From Nematocida ausubeli (taxonomy: Eukaryota), in the NCBI RefSeq assembly GCF_000738915.1, contig NW_026515637.1:186001-250000 (forward strand): a stretch of DNA of 64,000 nucleotides, in the 5' to 3' direction. Under the pieces are notes generated by a model, which saw only the letters and a program-made list of their open reading frames with translations, was not told the DNA's origin and searched no databases. Positions 11,271-20,239 of this stretch are shown piece by piece. A program made the position numbers and the translations under genes. Position 1 is the first letter of the stretch, and the number at the start of each line of letters is the position of its first letter.

Positions 11271-13382
11271 TCACTCGTCTATTCCATATAGCACAATGGC
11301 AGCCCCATTTAAGTACTTCAATTTACATGCATGCTTGAGCCTATTCAGTGCAATTGAGAGTGGCTCCTTTCTATTCTGAATTGCCTCTATGATGCCAATA
11401 CTGGTTATATCCAGATCCTTATCTGTTATATCCCAGAGTGCACCAACGACATTTCTAACAACAGGAATATGCATATATGATATACATGTACTGTGTGTGT
11501 TGTATAAAGGAAATGCAGAGATATGGGCACTAGAACATCCAAATAGAAAGATACTCTTTGTTTTCTTCTCAGTGGAATTTCTACTCTTCACAAGTCTCTT
11601 TAACTTCCTTGGTGTAAAGAACTTCTCTCCTCCACCGTGCCCAAAGTACATAAATATACGGTGGGATAGAATTGCCTGTTCTGTCTCCATGGGAAGGGGT
11701 ACTCTATTACGAATTCCTGATGCATTTGGAAGGTGCTTGCTTATGTGCTTGGATATTCTCTCTTCTGTCTGCATTAAATTTCTCTCTGGGTTTAAAACAT
11801 AGAAGAAGTCTTTGTCTTCTGGTAGGGTACTTTCCGTCTCAACAGAGCACGAGAGAATGTGGCAAAGTGATGAGCACCTGAATACACCGCACTTGGAGAA
11901 GGAGTTACACATCTCAAAGGGAATACTTCCCAGGATATCTTCAATCACAAGTGCAACTCTATCTTTAATTTTATGGCCCTTCTCTGAGTACCTTTGCAAA
12001 TACGTGTCTATTAGGGCTAGTTCTTTTTTGATTTCATTATCAAGTGAGATCCTGATACGCCACCATTCTTGCTTCTCTTGTGGTGTAGTGCACACCCTCT
12101 TAAGGACTTCTTTGTTTTTTTTCTGGATCTGAGATAGCCGTTGTAGAAGATTTTTTGTAGAAATTTTCGACTTTATAACGGACATTTTTGCTCTCTCATT
12201 ATAGTATATAAGGCCGAATGCAATGCAGCCATCAATTGAGTAGACTACAATGGGTGAAATATACATACATTTCTCACCAATTCCCTTTATCTTATTAATA
12301 TATTCCAGGATAGATCTATCCCCAATCTCACTGCATGCAATTTCCCGGGCATCGTATATTTTCACATCTCTTAGTAGGGTTATTTCATTTCTGTACTGAA
12401 TGCATCTGCTTAGTTTATCTTCCAGAGTCACATGAATATTCAATAATTCACTTACATGCGATGATATGAGAGTGTGCTTTATCTCTTCTACAAGAATTTC
12501 TTCCTTCTTTGTTGCTTCAATGATTGAAAGCATTCCTTGGAAGAATAAATGCCCCTCTGAGAAGTCAACACTTTTGGAGAGAAGAATCCCTGCCTTGCAC
12601 ATCCAAAGGGCATCAAAGTACCCGCCTGACTTGTAGGCAGCACTTGCCCCAATTGAAAGCAGATGCAGTCTACAGCCAAAATGAACAAAGTCCCCGGATG
12701 TACTTTTTCTTAGTAAATTCTCCATCATATCAAGAGCACTAAGGTACTCTCCACAGGTGTATTTATAATATGCAGATAGGAATATTCTGTCAAAGTCAGA
12801 TCTTTCATCTATACTTTCATCGTACAGGTACTCTTTATTCCGTAAGTGATAGCTATCAAAGCATCTTCTTATACGAACACCCTCTATAGCCACTGTACCA
12901 TCTGCTTCTGCATTGTTATTTACAGTACTTAGAATAATTGGGCTAGATCTATGTGCTTCTATACCCTCTGCAGTGTTTATTTCTGTTTTACTGCTGTCCC
13001 ACATATTAATCTTCTTATGGCTGCTGTCTATGCTTTCTTTAGAATATTCTTCCTTTGTCTGAATATTCTCATTTACTAGTGGTCTGGTGCTATTCTCTTC
13101 TATGGGTCCTTGGCAGGTGCTAACCCAGAATCTATTATGTACTTTTTCATTTCCTTCTTGTTTTGCCTCTACTTCTTTACTTTCTGGAATTTCGTATATC
13201 TCTTCTAATTCTTCTTTACTGGGGATCTTGTAGAAGTAGAGCACGTTATATTTCTGGAGCTCAGAAAAGAGTCTTTTTATTTGCTGTTCTGAATAGTTCT
13301 CTGAGAGTATTCTGTAGAGTCTTTCTCTGTCCGTAATATACAGCAGAGGCGAACATTCAAGTATCTGCTTCTCTGGCTGCAT
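11271..13382 (-). CDS. ESP1: Separase (peptidase C50), reduced
   Basis: WWRIRISLD, YVLNPERNL, MYFGHGGG (catalytic His), LFGCSS (catalytic Cys), VGALWDITDKD, YLNGAAIVLYG. Confidence 0.92.
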   Translation of the reverse strand: MQPEKQILECSPLLYITDRERLYRILSENYSEQQIKRLFSELQKYNVLYFYKIPSKEELEEIYEIPESKEVEAKQEGNEKVHNRFWVSTCQGPIEENSTRPLVNENIQTKEEYSKESIDSSHKKINMWDSSKTEINTAEGIEAHRSSPIILSTVNNNAEADGTVAIEGVRIRRCFDSYHLRNKEYLYDESIDERSDFDRIFLSAYYKYTCGEYLSALDMMENLLRKSTSGDFVHFGCRLHLLSIGASAAYKSGGYFDALWMCKAGILLSKSVDFSEGHLFFQGMLSIIEATKKEEILVEEIKHTLISSHVSELLNIHVTLEDKLSRCIQYRNEITLLRDVKIYDAREIACSEIGDRSILEYINKIKGIGEKCMYISPIVVYSIDGCIAFGLIYYNERAKMSVIKSKISTKNLLQRLSQIQKKNKEVLKRVCTTPQEKQEWWRIRISLDNEIKKELALIDTYLQRYSEKGHKIKDRVALVIEDILGSIPFEMCNSFSKCGVFRCSSLCHILSCSVETESTLPEDKDFFYVLNPERNLMQTEERISKHISKHLPNASGIRNRVPLPMETEQAILSHRIFMYFGHGGGEKFFTPRKLKRLVKSRNSTEKKTKSIFLFGCSSAHISAFPLYNTHSTCISYMHIPVVRNVVGALWDITDKDLDITSIGIIEAIQNRKEPLSIALNRLKHACKLKYLNGAAIVLYGIDE

Positions 13383-13496
13383 TCTACAATTTCTGTAAAA
13401 ATATATTTATATTTATGCTGCTGCACATAGGTATCTCTAACTGATTTTTATCTCTATAACGCGAATTTATTTATAAATTACCCTAATATCATATAA

Positions 13497-14030
13497 TCAC
13501 ATAAGAGTGTCTTCTCCTCTGAGATACTCTCCTGCATCACCATGCCGGACCACTACTATTGCAGTTCTATCACCTGCCAGTATTTCATTACCAGACTTTG
13601 TCATGATCCCAAACCCAATTGGAACACTTGATGATGTAGTCAGAACTACTCCTGAGTGCTTCTTTGTGTCTGGTGCTACTCCGCACAGATGTGCCCTCTG
13701 GACATGGTTTCCATACAGAACATTCATTTCTGCGCTCTGCTTTACTTTTACTTTGCAGCTGGCATACATCATGAGCATATGCAAAGCAGTAATTCTGATT
13801 CTGAAGAACTCAGACTTAGTGAATCTCCCTATGCATGTGCCAATGCACAGGATATTGTCGTTTGCAATGATACTTGCTTTTTTCAAAAGGTCTTTTTTAA
13901 CATAGTAAACCTTCTGCTTGTGATATATTAATTCGTGCAGTGGGTTTAGAAAAGAGGCCAGATTGTTCCCCATGAACTGTCTCAGCTTCTTTTCAACTTT
14001 GTCAAATTCTTCTTCTTTCAGTGGCCGCAT
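13497..14030 (-). CDS. NIP7: 60S ribosome biogenesis protein NIP7 (PUA domain)
   Basis: MRPLKEEE, GTCIGRFTKS..FRIRITAL, EMNVLYGNHV, PIGFG, DAGEYLRGED. Confidence 0.95.
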   Translation of the reverse strand: MRPLKEEEFDKVEKKLRQFMGNNLASFLNPLHELIYHKQKVYYVKKDLLKKASIIANDNILCIGTCIGRFTKSEFFRIRITALHMLMMYASCKVKVKQSAEMNVLYGNHVQRAHLCGVAPDTKKHSGVVLTTSSSVPIGFGIMTKSGNEILAGDRTAIVVVRHGDAGEYLRGEDTLM

Positions 14031-14118
14031 TAAAATTTTTACAGAACGGAATATTTAAATTGCTGGATTTTTCGCAGAGAAACTTAAATTTTAATTTTTT
14101 GAAGCCCCCTGCTGTGAA

Positions 14119-14565
14119 ATGTCAACTAATAAGAAGCATTCCAGAAAATTAAGAGGACACGTGTCACATGGACACGGTAGAGTAGGAAAGCACAGAAAGC
14201 ATCCAGGAGGTAGAGGTAAGGCTGGTGGTCTGACACACCACAGGACACTATTCCAGAGATACCACCCAGACTTCTTTGGAAAGAGAGGTATGAACATCTA
14301 CTTTAGAAGATACAACAGCAGTTACGCACCATACATTGCAGTAGATGAGATATGGAGCTTGGTAGACAAGTGCGGACAGTACGACCAGTTTGCCAATGAT
14401 GCATCACAGGTGCCCGTCGTAAATCTGTCTGACTTTGGAATCTTCAAGGTAATTGGAAGCGGAGCCACTCCTATTAGACCAATCGTCGTGAAGGCCAGAA
14501 GATTCACTCCAGAAGCAGAAGAGAAGATAGTCAAGGCTGGGGGACAGTGCATTTTGACTGTTTAA
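14119..14565 (+). CDS. RPL27A: 60S ribosomal protein L27a (uL15)
   Basis: RKLRGHVSHGHGRVGKHRKHPGGRGKAGG..HHR, YHPDFFGKRGM, AEEKI..AGG. Confidence 0.97.
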   Translation: MSTNKKHSRKLRGHVSHGHGRVGKHRKHPGGRGKAGGLTHHRTLFQRYHPDFFGKRGMNIYFRRYNSSYAPYIAVDEIWSLVDKCGQYDQFANDASQVPVVNLSDFGIFKVIGSGATPIRPIVVKARRFTPEAEEKIVKAGGQCILTV

Positions 14566-14610
14566 AATGGAGATTTCCAGTGACTTAAATCCAATAAATA
14601 AGAAATTAAT

Positions 14611-14736
14611 GCCGACCAGGACTTTATTCGATCTAATCCAAATAGCCTATGATGAAAGAAACCTGAGAGCGTGCAGTGGATGGTAATTCAAACCCACCGG
14701 AAGCTGCACATGCACTGATGTAATCACTTCTGAGGC
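14611..14736 (+). ncRNA. Box C/D snoRNA, probably a minimal U3 snoRNA
   Basis: Terminal GCCT (14645) / AGGC (14733-14736) complement, ATGATGA (14649), CTGAGAGCGTGCAG resembling U3 box B, internal hairpin GTGCAG..CTGCAC, TGATGT (14716) and CTGA (14730). The 5' GAC/ACTTT/GATC elements resemble the GAC, A' and A boxes. Confidence 0.65.
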
Positions 14737-15330
14737 ACTTTATTATAACTCCTTCATACAGATTTTCTTCATTTTAACATAAAATATCCACCAGAAAGAA
14801 ATACACCACAGAGACGCTGAGAGTATAGGTAATTGGCTTATTGTGTGTCTATAAGTGCGCTGTAATATTTATTTTAAATCGTATTACAGTCTTATTATAA
14901 GATATAAGAGTATAAAACTACTTCTCTTCTAATAAGACTGTAACAGAATATCCCTCTTGGTGCCACTGAATGAATATCATAGTCAGCAAATAAACTTAGT
15001 TATGCTATAGTAAGCCAAGGAATTGCAGCCATATGGATAGAAGAAATAGCAGGATTCTTTAGTATAAATTGCTCTTGTCTTAGTAGTAGTAGTATTCCTT
15101 TAGACAAGGGATAAGTTAAAATAAAAGTGGGCTGACAGTTAGAAGCCCATATACAATATCCTGAAGTTTATTAATACTATACATCTATTTGGCTTGTGCT
15201 ACGTTCTTGTCTAGTATCTGGTAGAATTCTAGTACTAGTGAGTGAACTTGGTTTTATCTAAGGATTAGTTCACTAATTATATAGAAATCAATAACCCAGC
15301 CATAAATATGCTAGCTTATGAGTCATATCT

Positions 15331-16206
15331 TTACAAAGAGTTGTACAACTCACCTGAAAATATGCACGGTTGCATACGCAATTTCTCTGTTTGTTTCATT
15401 TGAATGTCAACAGCCATAGATATCCAAAATAAAAGAAGGGTATAGTTAACGTATAGAACACTGCATATGGACAGGCTGTTGTTCTGGCCATGTGTGAAAA
15501 AAATAATACTTCGTCCTTTCGTCCATTCACTAGGAATAATTAAGCTTATTATTGCGGCTATCATATGGAGTATCTTCATTCGAATGAAAAGATTCATCAA
15601 TGTGCAAAATAATCCACATGGCAGAAGATACCACACTATAAATCCACAGAAAATACATCCAATAACATTAAATCCAATTGTGAGTTTCTTAGTCACCCAA
15701 GCCTTCCTATTGGATAAGTCTATATTGGCTTGGTAGATCATCAGATACAACATACATATCATATACACAAAGACACCAGGCACCAGACATGCAAGGTTTA
15801 TAAACCTGTATAGTGATAGTGAATCTGAGTTATAGACAGAATGATGCAAATTATCTGGTCCTAGTGCTCCTATACTGCTAGTTAAAATAACTATAACTGA
15901 ATAAAACATTGAGTAATGGTACTGCATATCAACAAAAATGCATACAAATAGATTATAAAGTAAATTGAAGAATCTACTGAATGTAGTATCCTTTATGGCT
16001 GAATTCTTCTCAAAAGCTGAATTATAAAATGTTTCACTACTATGCACTAGTATTGCATCTTTTTGTGCTTCTTTGACATACATTACAGGATATATATGAT
16101 TACTTTTATGCTTTGCAAGAGATACTCTATGCATATAATTGTTATAATATGGTGGGTCTGTTGTTTGTGAGTGGTTTATCTCTTCACAACCAATGAACTC
16201 ATTCAT
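15331..16206 (-). CDS. Lineage-specific multi-pass membrane protein (291 aa)
   Basis: About 6-7 hydrophobic segments; no recognised family. Confidence 0.7.
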   Translation of the reverse strand: MNEFIGCEEINHSQTTDPPYYNNYMHRVSLAKHKSNHIYPVMYVKEAQKDAILVHSSETFYNSAFEKNSAIKDTTFSRFFNLLYNLFVCIFVDMQYHYSMFYSVIVILTSSIGALGPDNLHHSVYNSDSLSLYRFINLACLVPGVFVYMICMLYLMIYQANIDLSNRKAWVTKKLTIGFNVIGCIFCGFIVWYLLPCGLFCTLMNLFIRMKILHMIAAIISLIIPSEWTKGRSIIFFTHGQNNSLSICSVLYVNYTLLLFWISMAVDIQMKQTEKLRMQPCIFSGELYNSL

Positions 16207-17362
16207 ATTAAATTTGTTAATTTTTTTTGTCTTCTTATAGATTATGTCTCATATCATACTAATTTATACTAAATTACAGAAGACATTCTTAACGATATAA
16301 ATAAACAATTAGTCATTTATATACAGATACTATCAAGAGACAAATATATCTTGTAGATTTGTGTAAAACAAGACAAATCCAGAATAATATATTGACTTAT
16401 AACTAAAACTCAGAAGACAGTAGCTAATACATGCATATAACTACAATAAAATTGTTGTTCTTTCAGTAATTCCTTGCTTCTGCATAGGGTCCTAGTAGTA
16501 AGTGAAATTAAGAAATTCTTTTCACTTAAATTTCAACCTGAATAAACATAGTATGAGTCAGCAGAAGGACAGACCCCTTAATAAGCGTATAGTAAGAGAA
16601 CAAGGATATTTTACTAGAAATTAAAGGTTAGTCACATATTCAAATTATATTTATACTAACAGAAAACTCTTTAACCGTATACTTCTAGTACTCATATACC
16701 ATCAAAGTGATTTTCATGCAATATATCTGCACTAAAATAAAAGTGCATAAATTACTATATAAAGTACTCAAAATATTCAGGCCTGCAGTTAATCCAGAAG
16801 TAAAACTACTTTCATCTTAAAGTATGTGAACTGAAATAATATTAAATATATTCATATGATAGTCTGCTTAGTATAGTAGATATACTAGTGGGGTAGCAAG
16901 ATACAGTGAATTTCTTCTGTAGAAAGTCTCTTATTAAAGCACTTTTATTTTCATGTGAAAAGAAGCTTTAATCCATGGATACTAGAGTATACAGTGCTTA
17001 AGAAATTCACAAGATATAAAGTAGTTTTATATGTGGATTATCTAAGTATAATAGACTAAATATAAAGAATATCTAGATATCTACTGTATTTATATGCTTA
17101 AACACATATTATATATACTTTATCTACTACTCCTATTCTATTCTATTCTCATGTGAATTTTCATTTCTACCATATTTACTTCAAAATATTCAATACACTG
17201 TAGAGTATCTTCTTGTGATAGAAAGACCATCAATCTTATCATAAACTCACAGTTAATATGAATAACTATAAGGGTACCCTTTGCTAATAAGAGACTTATC
17301 TGCTGCCTGGTAATTGGCAGGAAGAGAGGTTTTGGTTATATTCTATTCATTTTTATTTTTAT

Positions 17363-17995
17363 ATGGATGACCACACTATGCTTAATGAGTGCTTCGCTCA
17401 GTATATAGACATAAAGAAAAAGACTGATGAAAAGCGCAGAGAGCTGCTTGGTCTGCAGCAAAGAAGGGATGCACTACTGGATCTTCTTGTTTTTGTGAAG
17501 GGACAGAGACCCTTGAAGTATACAGAATTTGAGACTGAAAGTACTTTTCCAATTGTCCTAGGGAAGGCACACTCTAAGTTCAGTCTGACCTCAATTGGAA
17601 TACTTCCCCCTGAGGAATATACTTCATTCTACAGCCCAATGTACATATATCCAATAGGATACAAAATAAAGAGGAAGTATGCGTCTCCAGAGAAAAGTGA
17701 TCAAAAACTAACGTATTTCTGCCAGATTCGGTCAGTAAACGGGGAATGTGTCTTTGAAATTCGTGCAACCGGAGGAAAGCACTGGGCAGGCTCACGAAGC
17801 CAGGTGTGGAGTGCATTTACAAGTGAGTTCCAGAAGATCTCTTTTTCCAGCTTGGAGGAGTTCTTTGGACTAACAAACGAGACAACAACTAAGCTAATTG
17901 AAGAAATGGGAGATATTTCACCATTTACAACATATGTTCCTATGAGACAGCGTGCAAGAAAAATAAAGAAAGCCAAGAGAGAAGAAGACCTATAA
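17363..17995 (+). CDS. Stand-alone FYRN/FYRC (FYR) domain protein, TBRG1-like
   Basis: LTSIG.L....SFYSPMYIYPIGYKIKRKYAS, TYFCQI....ECVFEI, EEFFGLTN....KLIEEM, with an N-terminal coiled coil. Confidence 0.8.
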   Translation: MDDHTMLNECFAQYIDIKKKTDEKRRELLGLQQRRDALLDLLVFVKGQRPLKYTEFETESTFPIVLGKAHSKFSLTSIGILPPEEYTSFYSPMYIYPIGYKIKRKYASPEKSDQKLTYFCQIRSVNGECVFEIRATGGKHWAGSRSQVWSAFTSEFQKISFSSLEEFFGLTNETTTKLIEEMGDISPFTTYVPMRQRARKIKKAKREEDL

Positions 17996-18176
17996 GGGAA
18001 GAAGGCACAGGCCATAGAACTGGTACAGCGTATGCAGAATGCGTTAGACAGAGTATTTCAGCTTAAAATAAAGAAAGGAGTAATATGTGATATAACAAGG
18101 GGATATTTGCCTATTCCAGTGTGTTGTAGGGTGTTTTGCATTTATAAATAGATTGAAAATAAGCTGAATTTTTTTA

Positions 18177-18662
18177 ATGGGGATTTCATTCAGTAAAAAG
18201 TCCGTGAGACAGGCTATCCTGGAACTGGAGCAGCAAATTGAGGAGCAAGAGAAGGAAATTAGAGCCATCAGAAGGACCAAAGAGTCAGCAGGTGACTTAT
18301 TCTTCAAGTCTCTTTCTGCGATACTCATTGGGGCCATTTCTATCCTGTGGGTGTGCAAAGAAAGTATCTCATATATTTATACACTCAAGATCATGGGGGC
18401 ATTTTTTTTGCTTGGTACAATAGTGGCACTGCTTTTCTATATTTTCCAACGAGTCTACGCATACCGCCTAAAGAAAAAGACAGTTAAGCTAGAACACTTA
18501 AAAGAAAGACAAAAGAGAAATATTGAGAACTTGAAAAAAGAGACAAAGTATGATGAAACCCACGGTATTATAAAAAGGTACACAAAGCATACTCTCCCAG
18601 AGGAAGATGAGACTGTAAAACCTGATGAAACAGTTGTGGATAGACTTGCTAGATTAATATAA
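18177..18662 (+). CDS. LNP1: Lunapark-like ER junction protein, truncated (no Zn finger)
   Basis: MG start, coiled coil, two TM helices, KLEHLKERQKRNIENLKKETKYDETHGIIKRY, ending VVDRLARLI. Confidence 0.65.
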   Translation: MGISFSKKSVRQAILELEQQIEEQEKEIRAIRRTKESAGDLFFKSLSAILIGAISILWVCKESISYIYTLKIMGAFFLLGTIVALLFYIFQRVYAYRLKKKTVKLEHLKERQKRNIENLKKETKYDETHGIIKRYTKHTLPEEDETVKPDETVVDRLARLI

Positions 18663-18722
18663 AAATCAATTACATGAGTTTGCGAAGTAGAAGAGTTATA
18701 ATATTCTAATTATTTTTAGTTT

Positions 18723-20087
18723 ATGAAAATACGCACATTTGGGAGTAAAAGCAAGCCACCCAGGAAGAGTCTTGGTGTAATTGCTGCTCCAGAACTTCTG
18801 GTTCTTCCAGGAGTGAAGAAGACACTGCAGACTCTTGAAATTCTTAGCCATGAAAGAGATGAAGACGAAAAGAAGCCTAATGAAAATGTCTGGTCAGCCC
18901 AAAAAAAAGAAAGCACCACTAAGATAAAGATCTTTGCAAACAGCACAGAAAAAGAACAAGTACATGCAATAGATACTATGTCTGCTGTAAGTGTCTACTC
19001 AGAAAGAAATCCCTCAGTAAGACCAGCTAGTCCTTCTGGTCATAGAGAAGACCAAGCACAGCCAGAGGTAAAAAAGCCAAAGCGTGCCAGAAGTGAAGAT
19101 ATACTTGTAGATACGGATATTGGACATGCCTCTGATATTGAGAGAAAGGAAAGTATTAGTGGAAATAGCTTCATGAATAGCGAGTACATTATAGAAGAAG
19201 CCAATCAGATTAAAGAAATTCAATGGATGCCTTTCTCTACACTACCCATTGCAGAACTGAAGAAGCTAGGGGAATCTACCTTCAGTGAGATATATATAAA
19301 CAAAAGGACACAAACAGTTTACAAGATAGTGCCTATAACGAAAAAGAAAATGTACGTTAAGGTGGAGCACACGAAAATAGACCACTTTATAAAGGAGTGC
19401 TTGATTATGGAGAGAATGAACAGGTCAAAGTACTCTGCCCAGATGTATAACTGGTACTTGGTAAATGAGAGATATCCAAGTGCTCTTATAGAGATATCCA
19501 GGGACTGGGCACAAAGGAATAGAAAAAGTGCTGAAAATATCATCCCACAAGCAAACAATTCATCTGGGTTATTTGGTGTAATTGAGATGGAGTATTGTGG
19601 GTGTGAGCTGGAGAAGCTTGACTGGCCATCTCTTACAAAGGAGGACTGTAGACTAATTAACACAGAGCTACTGAAGTGCATGAAAGTAATGGATAGTCTG
19701 CAGGTGGAGCACAGAGACCTGCACCAGAGCAATGTCTTGGTACGGAAGACAAGCAGTGGGGCGTACAGGATAAAGACAATTGACTATTCTCTGGCACATG
19801 CTGTGATGCGCCAAGACGACAGCAAGGCTGCCTCTGTGGATATATTGGGGATAACACCAGACCTTCTGACATACCGCGCAGGAAGTGTTTTGTACACGGA
19901 CATAGACAGAGATCTATCCTGGCTTTTTGAGAGTACTGATGATGGTGAGCCCCATAGGAAAGTGTATATGGAAATGAACAAAGCATATACAGGGAACAAC
20001 AGATGGAGAAAGAAAGGCGACAGCAACAAATTTTGGATCAGCTATCTTAGGAAATGGATGAGTGATCAGATTAAAAAACAGTCATAA
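18723..20087 (+). CDS. Haspin-like (Alk1/Alk2) Ser/Thr kinase
   Basis: KLGESTFSEIY, YKIVP, EHRDLHQSNVLV, IDYSLA; disordered N-terminus; no DFG/APE, typical of haspins. Confidence 0.85.
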   Translation: MKIRTFGSKSKPPRKSLGVIAAPELLVLPGVKKTLQTLEILSHERDEDEKKPNENVWSAQKKESTTKIKIFANSTEKEQVHAIDTMSAVSVYSERNPSVRPASPSGHREDQAQPEVKKPKRARSEDILVDTDIGHASDIERKESISGNSFMNSEYIIEEANQIKEIQWMPFSTLPIAELKKLGESTFSEIYINKRTQTVYKIVPITKKKMYVKVEHTKIDHFIKECLIMERMNRSKYSAQMYNWYLVNERYPSALIEISRDWAQRNRKSAENIIPQANNSSGLFGVIEMEYCGCELEKLDWPSLTKEDCRLINTELLKCMKVMDSLQVEHRDLHQSNVLVRKTSSGAYRIKTIDYSLAHAVMRQDDSKAASVDILGITPDLLTYRAGSVLYTDIDRDLSWLFESTDDGEPHRKVYMEMNKAYTGNNRWRKKGDSNKFWISYLRKWMSDQIKKQS

Positions 20088-20239
20088 ATAGAATAAACCG
20101 TTGTTTAAAGATAATTAATTCAGGTTTTTTAGTTTGCAGATAAATTTCAATTGTTCTGCCTAAGTAGATACTATTACTATTAGACTCTAGAATAATATAA
20201 ATGCCCTTTGAATACAAAATGTGTTTTATTATGGGATTT

